Below are positions 25,854-37,462 of a stretch of 64,000 nucleotides of DNA, one piece after another (position 1 is the stretch's first letter; each line of letters begins with the position of its first letter). The notes under the pieces are model-generated. The model was not told where the DNA came from. It saw only the letters and a program-made list of their open reading frames with translations, and did not search any database. The DNA comes from Eledone cirrhosa (taxonomy: Eukaryota): positions 18,662,001 to 18,726,000 of the forward strand of contig OZ024766.1 of assembly GCA_964016885.1 (NCBI GenBank), read 5' to 3'. The position numbers and the translations under genes were made by a program.

Positions 25854-26835
25854 TCATCATCATCATCATTGTCATTTTACGTCCGTTTTTTCCCTGCTTG
25901 CAAGGGTGGGACGGGAACTGATACTGGCTTGATTTCTACAGCTGGATGCCCTTCCTAACACCAACCTCATTTACAGTGAGTGCTGGGTGCTTTTTTACCG
26001 TGGCACCTCCACGACCACTTTACAGTGAGTGCTGGGTGCTTTTTTGCCGTGGCACCTCCACGACCACTTTACAGTGAGTGCTGGGTGCTTTTTTTCCGTG
26101 GCACCTCCACGACCCCTTTACAGTGAGTGCTGGGTGCTTTTTTGCCATGGCACCTCCACGACCCCTTTACAGTGAGTGCTGGGTGCTTTTTTGCCGTGGC
26201 ACCTCCACGACCACTTTACAGTGTGGACTGGGTGCTTTTTTGCCGTGGCACCTCCACGACCACTTTACAGTGAGTGCTGGGTGCTTTTTTGCCGTGGCAC
26301 CTCCACGACCACTTTACAGTGAGTGCTGGGTGCTTTTTTGCTGTGGCACCTCCACGACCACTTTACAGTGAGTGCTGGGTGCTTTTTTGCCGTGGCACCT
26401 CCACGACCACTTTACAGTGAGTGCTGGGTGCTTTTTTTCCGTGGCACCTCCACGACCCCTTTACAGTGAGTGCTGGGTGCTTTTTTGCCGTGGCACCTCC
26501 ACGACCACTTTACAGTGAGTGCTGGGTGCTTTTTTGCCGTGGCACCTCCACGACCACTTTACAGTGAGTGCTGGGTGCTTTTTTGCCGTGGCACCTCCAC
26601 GACCACTTTACAGTGAGGGCTGGGTGCTTTTTTGCCGTGGCACCTCCACGACCACTTTACAGTGGAATGATAGGGACCCCAGTCCATATCATCTCATTTC
26701 TACAGCTGAGTAAACTGGAGCAATGTGAAATGAAGTGTCTTGCTCAAGGAAACAACACATCACCCGGTCTGAGAATTGAACTCACAACCTTTCGATTGCA
26801 AGGCCAATGCTCTAACCACTAAGCCATGTGCCTCC
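25854..26835 (-). mobile_element. VNTR-SINE, full length (about 14 units)
   Basis: Head, hairpin, 49-mers and tail present. Confidence 0.85.
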
Positions 26836-26879
<44 letters not shown>

Positions 26880-26884
26880 CTTAC

Positions 26885-27964
26885 CGGAGTCTTTCCTTCT
26901 TGTCGTCAGACTCTCCGCCAAGGGGCCTGTTGTTGTTGTTGTTGATGATGATGTTGTCTTTGTTATTGTTGTTGTTGTTGTTATTGTTGTAGCGTCTGTA
27001 TGTCCGGCTTCAATTTCCATAGCCGACTTCTCGTCCTCTTCCACCTCCTCCCCTCCTGGGCCCGCCGGCCGTCTCTTCCCCCTCCTTCCGTCATCTCCGC
27101 CGCCGACACCACTACAGCTATCATCATCATCATCATCACCACCACCGCCGCCGCCGCCGCCGTCGTCACCACCGTCGCCACCATCCTCATCATCATCATC
27201 ATCATCGTCATCGACGACGTCTTCAAAGCCTACGTTCTCCTCTTCTTCCTCCTCCTCCTCGTCCTCTTCTTCTTCGTCTTCTTCCACCGCCGCCGTCCTC
27301 ATCGCTACATCCCCACCGCCGTCACCACCATCATCGCCATGCAACTGCAAAGCCCCGTTTTCTGCCTCTCCCACCATCCCCACAGCCCCACCACCACCAC
27401 CACCATCGTCATCATCATCATCATTGTCATAGTCATCACCATTGTCCTCAAGCTCCTCCTCAAGCTCCATGCCGTCCCTCTCCTCCCCCTGGGGCGCGCC
27501 CTCCTCCGCCTCCTCGTCGTGTCCGGGGGACCAGACAAGGGCCCCCATCTCCTCCTCCTCCTCTTCCTCCTCATCCTCCTCCTCCTCTTCGTCCTCCTCC
27601 TCCTCCTCGGCCGGCGTCTGCGGGGGAGACGGAGGCACCGCGACAACCGCCGCCGCGGCGGCGGCACCAGAAGAAGGGGGAGACGACCCCCCCTCCCCCG
27701 GCGGCACGCCCGGGGCCGCCGCAGCCGCCGCCCCCGTCACCACCACCACCACGCCGCCGTTCGACAAGCCGCCAGCCAGCGCGGCGGCGGCGGCGGCGGC
27801 GGAGCTCCTCAGCGGCCCCGCCGCGCCAACGGCCCTCAGCGGCACTTTACACTTGAAGCAGATGTAGTCATCGTCTTCGCCGACCTCGTCCTCCCCAACA
27901 CCGACACACAACAGGTGGAACCACAGCTCGCACTGGTCACACTGGACCCAGTTCACCTCGTCAC
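26885..27964 (-). CDS. KDM5: KDM5 exon: PHD3 plus a long acidic low-complexity tail
   Basis: ctctag acceptor; DEVNWVQCDQCELWFHLLCVGV...YICFKC; GC-rich open frame up to a G|gtaaga donor at 26884. Confidence 0.88.
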
Positions 27965-28087
27965 CTAGAGAAAAGGGGGGAAACACAAAAAATAAAAAAA
28001 AAAAACACACAAAACAAATATTAAAAACACGGTTAAAAGAGCGATATATTGTTATATTTGTCAAGGGTGGTGTCCTAACATTGGTTT

Positions 28088-28141
28088 AGAGAGAGAGAGA
28101 GGCAGTGTGTGTGAGAGAGAGAGAGAGGCAGGCACTGTGTG

Positions 28142-28212
<71 letters not shown>

Positions 28213-28323
28213 CACCGTGCGAGAGAGAGGAACTGTGTGTGTGAGAGATATATATATAGAGAGAGGCAGTGTGTGCGAGAGAGAGAGAGAGAGAGAGAGA
28301 GATATATAGAGAGAGGCAGTGTG

Positions 28324-28360
<37 letters not shown>

Positions 28361-28495
28361 TATATATAGAGAGAGGCAGTGTGTGAGAGAGAGAGGGAGA
28401 GAGAGAGAGAGAGAGAGAGATATATAGAGAGAGGCAGTGTGTGTGTGAGAGAGAGAGACAGATATATATATATAGAGAGAGAGGCAGTGTGAGAT

Positions 28496-28543
<48 letters not shown>

Positions 28544-28552
28544 CAGTGTGAG

Positions 28553-28607
<55 letters not shown>

Positions 28608-28640
28608 CAGTGTGAGAGATATATATATATAGAGAGAGAG

Positions 28641-28673
<33 letters not shown>

Positions 28674-30415
28674 TATATATAGAGAGAGAGGCACTGTGTG
28701 TGTGAGAGAGAGAGATATATATATATAGAGAGAGGCAGTGTGTGTGAGAGAGAGAGAGAAAGGCACTGTGTGTGAAAGAGAGAGAGATATATATATAGAG
28801 AGAGGCACTGTGTGAGAGAGATATATTATAGAGAGAGAGGCAGTGTGTGTGAGAGAGAGATATATATATAGAGAGAGGCAGTGTGTGTGAGAGAGAGATA
28901 TATATATAGAGAGAGAGAGAAAGGCACTGTGTGAAAGAGAGAGAGATATATATATAGAGAGAGGCACTGTGTGAGAGAGATATATTATAGAGAGAGAGGC
29001 AGTGTGTGTGAGAGAGAGATATATATAGAGAGAGGCAGTGTGTGTGAGAGAGAGATATATATATAGAGAGAGGCAGTGTGTGTGAGAGAGAGATATATAT
29101 ATAGAGAGAGGCAGTGTGTGTGAGAGAGAGAGAGAAAGGCACTGTGTGTGAAAGAGAGAGAGATATATATATAGAGAGAGGCACTGTGTGAGAGAGATAT
29201 ATTATAGAGAGAGAGGCAGTGTGTGTGAGAGAGAGATATATTATAGAGAGAGGCAGTGTGTGTGAGAGAGAGATATATATATAGAGAGAGGCAGTGTGTG
29301 AGAGAGAGAGAGAGAAAGGCACTGTGTGTGAAAGAGAGAGAGATATATATATAGAGAGAGGCACTGTGTGAGAGAGATATATTATAGAGAGATAGGCAGT
29401 GTGTGTGAGAGAGAGATATATATATAGAGAGAGGCAGTGTGTGTGAGAGAGATATATATATATAGAGAGAGGCAGTGTGTGTGAGAGAGAGATATATATA
29501 TATAGAGAGAGGCAGTGTGTGTGAGAGAGAGATATATATATAGAGAGAGGCACTGTGTGAGAGAGATATATTATAGAGAGAGAGGCAGTGTGTGTGAGAG
29601 AGAGATATATTATAGAGAGAGGCAGTGTGTGAGAGAGAGAGAGAGAAAGGCACTGTGTGTGAAAGAGAGAGAGATATATATATAGAGAGAGGCACTGTGT
29701 GAGAGAGATATATTATAGAGAGAGAGGCAGTGTGTGTGAGAGAGAGATATATATATAGAGAGAGGCAGTGTGTGTGAGAGAGAGAGAGAAAGGCACTGTG
29801 TGAAAGAGAGAGAGATATATATATAGAGAGAGGCACTGTGTGAGAGAGATATATTATAGAGAGAGAGGCAGTGTGTGTGAGAGAGAGAGATATATAGAGA
29901 GAGGCAGTGTGTGTGAGAGAGAGATATATATATAGAGAGAGGCACTGTGTGAGAGAGATATATATATCTCTAGAGAGATATATTATAGAGAGAGAGGCAG
30001 TGTGTGTGAGAGAGAGATATATATATATAGAGAGAGGCACTGTGTGAGAGAGATATATATATCTCTAGAGAGATATATTATAGAGAGAGAGGCAGTGTGT
30101 GTGAGAGAGAGATATATATATAGAGAGAGGCACTGTGTGAGAGAGATATATATATCTCTAGAGAGATATATTATAGAGAGAGAGGCAGTGTGTGTGAGAG
30201 AGAGAGATATATATATCTCTAGAGAGATATATTATAGAGAGAGAGGCAGTGTGTGTGAGAGAGAGAGATATATATATAGAGAGAGGCAGTGTGTGTGAGA
30301 GAGAGAGATATATATATAGAGAGAGGCAGTGTGTGTGAGAGAGAGAGATATATATATAGAGAGAGGCAGTGTGTGTGAGAGAGAGAGAGAGAGATAGAGG
30401 CACTGTGTGTGTGTG
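28088..30415. repeat. Compound (GA)n/(TA)n/ggcagtgtgt minisatellite
   Basis: Units of about 35-45 bp anchored on aggca(g/c)tgtgtg. Confidence 0.9.
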
Positions 30416-30624
30416 AATGTCCTAACATTGGTTTCTTATATATAGGCATAAGGCCAGCCATTATAGGGGCTGGGAAAGTTGATTAAATCAACCCCGTAAG
30501 GACGAAAGGCAAAGTTAACCTCATTGTGTCCTAATATTGTCGGAAAAAAGATAGTAAAACACACTCACTGCTTCGGTTGGCTTTCTAATTACTAAGTTAA
30601 TTAGATACAAAATTAATTTACCAT

Positions 30625-31543
30625 ATCATCATCATTTTACGTCCACTTTTCCCTGCTTGCAAGGGTGTGACGGGAACTGATTCTGGCTTGATTTCTACAG
30701 CTGGATGCCCTTCCTCACACCAACCTCATTTACAGTGAGTGCTGGGTGCTTCTTTGCCGTGGCACCTCCACGACCACTTTACAGTGAGTGCTGGGTGCTT
30801 TTTTGCTGTGGCACCTCCACGACCACTTTACAGTGAGTGCTGGGTGCTTTTTTGCCGTGGCACCTCCACGACCACTTTACAGTGAGTGCTGGGTGCTTTT
30901 TTGCCGTGGCACCTCCACGACCACTTTACAGTGAGGGCTGGGTGCTTTTTTGCCGTGGCACCTCCACGACCACTTTACAGTGAGTGCTGGGTGCTTTTTT
31001 TGCCGTGGCACCTCCACGACCACTTTACAGTGAGTGCTGGGTGCTTTTTTTGCTGTGGCACCTCCACGACCACTTTACAGTGAGTGCTGGGTGCTTTTTT
31101 TGCCGTGGCACCTTCACGACCACTTTACAGTGTGGGCTGGGTGCTTTTTTGCCGTGGCACCTCCACGACCACTCTACAGTGAGTGCTGGCTGCTTTTTTG
31201 CCGTGGCACCTCCACGACCACTTTACAGTGTGGGCTGGGTGCTTTTTTGCCGTGGCACCTCCACGACCACTTTACAGTGAGTGGTGGGTGCTTTTTTGCC
31301 GTGGCACCTCCACGACCACTTTACAGTGTGGGCTGGGTGCTTTTTTGCCGTGGCACCTCCACGACCACTTTACAGTGGAATGATAGGGACCCCAGTCCCC
31401 ATCATCTCATTTCTACAGCTGAGTAAACTGGAGCAATGTGAAATAAAGTGTCTTGCTCAAGGAAACAACACATCACCCGGTCTGAGAATTGAACTCACAA
31501 CCTTTCGATTGCAAGGCCAATGCTCTAACCACTAAGCCATGTG
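30625..31543 (-). mobile_element. VNTR-SINE (about 13 units)
   Basis: Head, hairpin, 49-mers and tail present. Confidence 0.85.
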
Positions 31544-31929
31544 TATATATATAGAAAGCAGTGATTATTTGATGCACACATATATATATACATGCACACA
31601 CACACACATATATATATAAACATACATGCACACACACACACACACATATATATACACACACCCACACTGCTCCCACCAACACACACAACACACAACAGAG
31701 ACACAGTGCTCCCACCAACACACACAACACACAACAGAGACGCAGTGCTCCCACCAACACACACAACACAGACGCAGTGCTCCCACCAACACACAACAGA
31801 GACGCAGTGCTCCCACCAACACACACAACAGAGACACAGTGCTCCCACCAACACACACAACAGAGACACAGTGCTCCCACCAACACACACAACACACAAC
31901 AGAGACGCAGTGCTCCCACCAACACATAC

Positions 31930-32190
31930 CTGCTGGTTTGAGGCACTTCACTGCGGAGCAGTCATCTTCCTCTTCCTCATCTCCACTCAAAGATGAGGCA
32001 CTCTTCTTGTGGCTCTGCTTCACTTTACTCGAGTGCTTCTTCTCCCTCGTGGCCCCTCCACCGCCACTCGACATCTTCATCCTCTTCTGCTGCGCCTTCT
32101 CTTCTTTCTTCAGCTTGTTGCTGTTGCTGTTGTTGTTCTCCTGGTTGTTGTGGTTGTTGTTGTTGTTGATAGATAACTCCTTGCATTTAC
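31930..32190 (-). CDS. KDM5: KDM5 exon, start of PHD3
   Basis: tttttag/gtatgt boundaries; ends ...EEEEDDCSAVKCLKPAG. Confidence 0.9.
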
Positions 32191-32258
32191 CTAAAAAAAA
32201 ACAAAAAAAAAAGTAGCAGCAAAACGCTAGAAACAACAGCCAAGACCTCCTCAATTCA

Positions 32259-32290
<32 letters not shown>

Positions 32291-32327
32291 ATATATAAGA
32301 TCAAAAGATGGTTAAAGGAGTTCCATG

Positions 32328-32398
32328 TATTTTATTATGCGCATTTCAAAAACAAACATCATCATGCAATAATATTTGTGTTTTCATCAGATAAAACA
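32328..32398 (-). ncRNA. Type-I hammerhead ribozyme, family A (sense to the KDM5 intron)
   Basis: TGTTTTAT-CTGATGA...GAAA-TGCGCA-TA^ATAAAATA on the minus strand. Confidence 0.82.
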
Positions 32399-32499
32399 GG
32401 AGAACATGATATGAAGGCTAAAAAACACTTGTGGATAGTGCAGTTTTAAATCAACATCTGCACTATCCACAAGTCTCTTTTAACCTTCATATCATGTTC

Positions 32500-32568
32500 T
32501 GTTTTATCTGATGAAAACACATATTATTGCATGATGATGTTTGTTTTTGAAATGCGCATAATAAAATA
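32500..32568 (+). ncRNA. Type-I hammerhead ribozyme, family A
   Basis: Same motif with a 2-nt deletion in stem II. Confidence 0.8.
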
Positions 32569-32694
32569 CATGGAACTCCTTTAACCATCTTTTGATCTTA
32601 TATATTATGTATACTCCAGTCCCACAAACTGTAGAGTGCTTCTTATCCGATATCTGCATTGCTTTATTGTACTACAATAAAACTCACCTCCTAC

Positions 32695-32745
<51 letters not shown>

Positions 32746-33003
32746 CCCAGCCTCAGCGTTATGTCCAGGTCAGTAAAAAATCTTTACCTGGGTCCTGTAT
32801 TTTCGTTGCTCCGGTAATGCGGTGGGACTGCCGACTGCTATATCTAATTTGCTAAGCTGTCTGAACATAATGTTATACTCTGGGGTCTTACCTCATATGA
32901 GTGCTAAAGCTACAAACCGAATAAGCATACATGCTAGCTTGGCCATATACTAGAGCTTCGTCCATGCTGTACTAAAATATATATATATATATATATATAT
33001 ATG

Positions 33004-33647
33004 TCATCATCATCATCGTTTAACGTCCATCTTCCACGCTTGCATGGGTTTGGACGGGAATTTTCCCACTTGAGGCAAGAGTGGTTGTCTTGCTCGTATA
33101 GGACTGTCTGGCACCTCCACGACCACTTTGCAGTGAGGGCTGGGTGCTTTTTTGCCGTGGCACCTACACGACCACTTTACAGTGAGTGCTGGGTGCTTTT
33201 TTGCCGTGGCACCTCCACGACCACTTTACAGTGAGTGCTGGGTGCTTTTTTGCCGTGGCACCTACACGACCACTTTACAGTGAGTGCTGGGTGCTTTTTT
33301 GCCGTGGCACCTCCACGACCACTTTACAGTGAGTGCTGGGTGCTTTTTTGCCGTGGCACCTCCACGACCATTTTACAGTGAGTGCTGGGTGCTTTTTTGC
33401 CGTGGCACCTCCACGACTACTTTACAGTGAGTGCTGGGTGCTTTTTTGCCGTGGCACCTCCACGACCACTTTGCAGTGGAATGATAGGGACCCCAGTCCC
33501 TATCATCTCATTTCTACAGCTGAGTAAACTGGAGCAATGTGAAATAAAGTGTCTTGCTCAAGGAAACAACATCACCCGGTCTGAGAATTGAACTCACAAC
33601 CTTTCAATTGCAAGGCCAATGCTCTAACCACTAAGCCATGTGCCTCC
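33004..33647 (-). mobile_element. VNTR-SINE with an alternative tail (about 7 units)
   Basis: Same head and VNTR; tail matches the 15995-16145 / 37200-37345 type. Confidence 0.8.
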
Positions 33648-34279
33648 ATATGTATATATATTTATAGATACAGCATACAAAAGATAGCACTTCTAGACAC
33701 TGCGCAGGCATTATAAAAAGTACTATCAATACAATAGAACCCATAGCAGCAAAAACTACACTGCACATACCCAAGGTGCACAGAGCTGTGCTCGGTAGAG
33801 CACTAACGAAGTGCAATAATAATTGTTTCTACTTTTGGGGGCACAAGGCCAGTAAGTACCCAGTGCATTACTGGTACTTTATTTTATCGACCCCGTGAGG
33901 ATGAAAGGCAAAGTTAACCTCGACGGGATTTGAACTCAGATCACAAAGGGACGTGATTATATGCTGCAAAGCATGGCGTCCGACCCTTTACCGATACTGC
34001 CAATTCACCGCCCTATCATGATATAATATAATAATTGAGTCATGATATAATAATAATAACTGTTTCTACTTTAGGCACAAGGCCAGCAAATTACCCAGTA
34101 CATTACTGGTACTTTATTTTATCGACCCCGTAAGGATGAAAGGCAAAGTTAAACTCAGATCACAAAGGGACGTAACTCTATGCTGCAAAGCACGGCGTCC
34201 GACCCTTTACCGATACTGCCAAATCCACTGCCTTTATAATAGCAACAACAACAACAACAACAACAATAAAAACCCCTAC

Positions 34280-34523
34280 TTTTGTCCTTCAATTTCAGAT
34301 CCTTCTCCTTGAGAACGAGTTTCTTCCGGGGTTTCGACGAAGAATTGTTCTCGTCTTTGCTTCTCTTGTTTTTCGTCTCGCAATGGTGGTTCTCAGACTC
34401 CTCGTCTTTCTTCTTTCTCTTCTTCTTCACCTTGTCCTTCTCTTTCTCCTTCTCCTTGTCCTTGCCCTTTGTCGGGACCTTCTCGGGTCTCTCCTTCATG
34501 GGGATACGCTCCGTCGTCAATTC
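34280..34523 (-). CDS. KDM5: KDM5 exon, Lys-rich (NLS-like)
   Basis: ttttcag acceptor, A|gtaggg donor; phase fits both neighbours; ELTTERIPMKERPEKV...KKKRKKK. Confidence 0.8.
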
Positions 34524-34734
34524 CTGAAAAGAGGAGGAAAATAAAATTCCAAAATTGCGGGGCTCGTATAATAAAATGGCGATCGAAAGGGGTTTGGCAT
34601 CTAACCGGGGCAACCCCTATCATTAAAAACACCCGAGAAACTTACTATGAGATCTAAACTTGTCGGAGGCCAAGGTGTGTGAGCTCTAACTACAACAGCC
34701 ACCTCAGGAAGGGCATCTGGTCGTACAGTGCTCG

Positions 34735-36510
34735 GTGTATCTGGTTTACAATAGGTACACTGTACCCCTGTGTATACCTGGTTTACAATAGGTACACTGT
34801 ATCCCTGTGTGTACCAGGTTTACAATAGGTACACTGTATCCCTGTATATATCTCGTTTACAATAGGTACACTGTATCCCTGTGTATATCTGGTTTACAAT
34901 AGGTACACTGTATCCCTGTGTGTATCTGGTTTACAATAGGTACACTATATCCCTGTGTGTATCTGGTTTACAATAGGTACACTGTATCCCTGTGTGTACC
35001 TGGTTTACAATAGGTACACTGTACCCCTGTGTATACCTGGTTTACAATAGGTACACTGTATCCCTGTGTATACCTGGTTTACAATAGGTACACTGTATCC
35101 CTGTGTATACCTGGTTTACAATAGGTACACTGTATCCCTGTATATATCTCGTTTACAATAGGTACACTGTATCCCTGTATATATCTGGTTTACAATAGGT
35201 ACACTGTATCCCTGTATATATCTGGTTTACAACAGGTACACTGTATCCCTGTGTATACCTGGTTTACAATAGGTACACTGTATCCCTGTGTATACCTGGT
35301 TTACAACAGGTACACTGTATCCCTGTCTATACCTGGTTTACAACAGGTACACTGTATCCCTGTGTATATCTGGTTTACAACAGGTACACTGTATCCCTGT
35401 GTATACCTGGTTTACAACAGGTACACCGTATCCCTGTGTGTACCTGGTTTACAATAGGTACACTGTATCCCTGTGTATATCTGGTTTACAATAGGTACAC
35501 TGTATCCCTGTGTATATCTAGTTTACAATAGGTACACTGTATCCCTGTGTATACCTGGTTTACAATAGGTACACTGTATCCCTGTGTATACCTGGTTTAC
35601 AATAGGTACACTGTATCCCTGTCTATATCTGGTTTACAACAGGTACACCGTATCCCTGTGTGTACCTGGTTTACAATAGGTACACTGTATCCCTGTGTAT
35701 ATCTGGTTTACAACAGGTACACTGTATCCCTGTGTGTACCTGGTTTACAATAGGTACACTGAATCCCTGTGTGTATCTGGTTTACAATAGGTACACTGTA
35801 TCCCTGTGTGTATCTAGTTTACAATAGGTACACTGTATCCCTGTGTATATCTGGTTTACAATAGGTACACTGTATCCCTGTGTGTATCTAGTTTACAATA
35901 GGTACACTGTATCCCTGTGTATATCTGGTTTACAATAGGTACACTGTATCCCTGTGTGTATCTAGTTTACAATAGGTACACTGTATCCCTGTGTATATCT
36001 GGTTTACAATAGGTACACTGTATCCCTGTGTGTATCTAGTTTACAATAGGTACACTGTATCCCTGTGTATATCTGGTTTACAATAGGTACACTGTATCCC
36101 TGTGTGTATCTAGTTTACAATAGGTACACTGTATCCCTGTGTGTATCTAGTTTACAATAGGTACACTGTATCCCTGTGTATATCTGGTTTACAACAGGTA
36201 CACTGTATCCCTGTATATATCTGGTTTACAATAGGTACACTGTATCCCTGTGTATACCTGGTTTACAATAGGTACACTGTATCCCTGTGTATATCTGGTT
36301 TACAACAGGTACACTGTATCCCTGTATATATCTGGTTACAATAGGTACACTGTATCCCTGTGTATATCTGGTTTACAATAGGTACACTGTATCCCTGTGT
36401 ATATCTGGTTTACAATAGGTACACTGTATCCCTGTGTGTACCAGGTTTACAATAGGTACACTGTATCCCTGTATATATCTGGTTTACAATAGGTACACTG
36501 TATCCCTGTG
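34735..36510. repeat. 37-bp minisatellite (about 48 units)
   Basis: ctggtttacaataggtacactgtatccctgtgtatac. Confidence 0.95.
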
Positions 36511-36750
36511 TTGTAAGAGGTGACTAAAAAAAAAAAAGGGTCGGTAACTGGAAGGGTATCTAGCTGTAAAACATTGTCTCAAAAAACTTTAAAAAGGCCC
36601 CATGATGAGTAAGAAGAGTGTACTTCATCTTACAGTACGGGTGACCTGCAAGAAGGACATACGAGGACCCATGGAATAAAGAATAAAAGCAGGCAGGCGG
36701 GAAGGATGAAGCGAGTAGTCAGTGATGGTCATGGCTGGGCGGATACTTAC

Positions 36751-36965
36751 CTCGAATTCCATGTACTTGTCATCGTTGGTGGTCTGGCAAGCGACAAGGA
36801 TGCGTCGGATGTGCTGGGTTTCGTCGAGGGAGACCTCCAACAGGTCTCCATCCGTCATTAACTCCTCCAGTTGGAGTTGGGCAGCGGCAGACAGCTCCAG
36901 CAACGGAGACTCCAGGAGACGCGGGATTAGTGGGGACTTGCGCTGGTGTTTCCGTGGCGATACGG
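36751..36965 (-). CDS. KDM5: KDM5 exon
   Basis: ctacag/gtaagt boundaries; [24 protein letters not shown]...[21 protein letters not shown]. Confidence 0.93.
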
Positions 36966-37462
36966 CTGTAGGTAGTGGTGGTGGGGAAGAGAGAGAGAGA
37001 GAGAGTTAATGGTGGTTCTACAACACTGATATATACATATATAACACGGTAAAAACCTCCCAGCCCCACACTGTAAATGTGGTTGGTGTTAGGAAGGGCA
37101 TCCAGCTGTAGAAAACCCGCCAGACAGTCCACGCTGTAATGTGGCCGTGTAGGCAACACGGTAAAAACCTCCCAGCCCCACACTGTAAATGTGGTTGGTG
37201 TTAGGAAGGGCATCCAACTGTAGAAAACCCGCCAGACAGTCCTATGCGAGCAAGACAATCACTCTTGCCTCAAGTGGGAAAACCCCCGTCCAAACCCATG
37301 CAAGCGTGGAACACGGACGTTAAACGTTGATGATGATGATGATGATAATGATGATAGTAATAATAAATGTGAAGACTAAAATCCAAAGAGGGCTCGATAA
37401 GGATTATATATATATAAAACCATAGAGCAAATATTTATTATAAGAACCTATTAAAGTTTAAG

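Noticed and set aside
27000-27968. Plus-strand 322-aa and 218-aa ORFs
   Set aside because: Antisense shadows of the GC-rich KDM5 exon
32328-32398. Hypothesis that all hammerheads sense to host pre-mRNA are mutationally inactivated
   Set aside because: True for 8267, ~46990 and 60759, but this sense copy has an intact core
32745-32980. Unique-looking island between TA tracts with a small hairpin
   Set aside because: No recognisable ribozyme core, ORF or second copy; cannot be assigned
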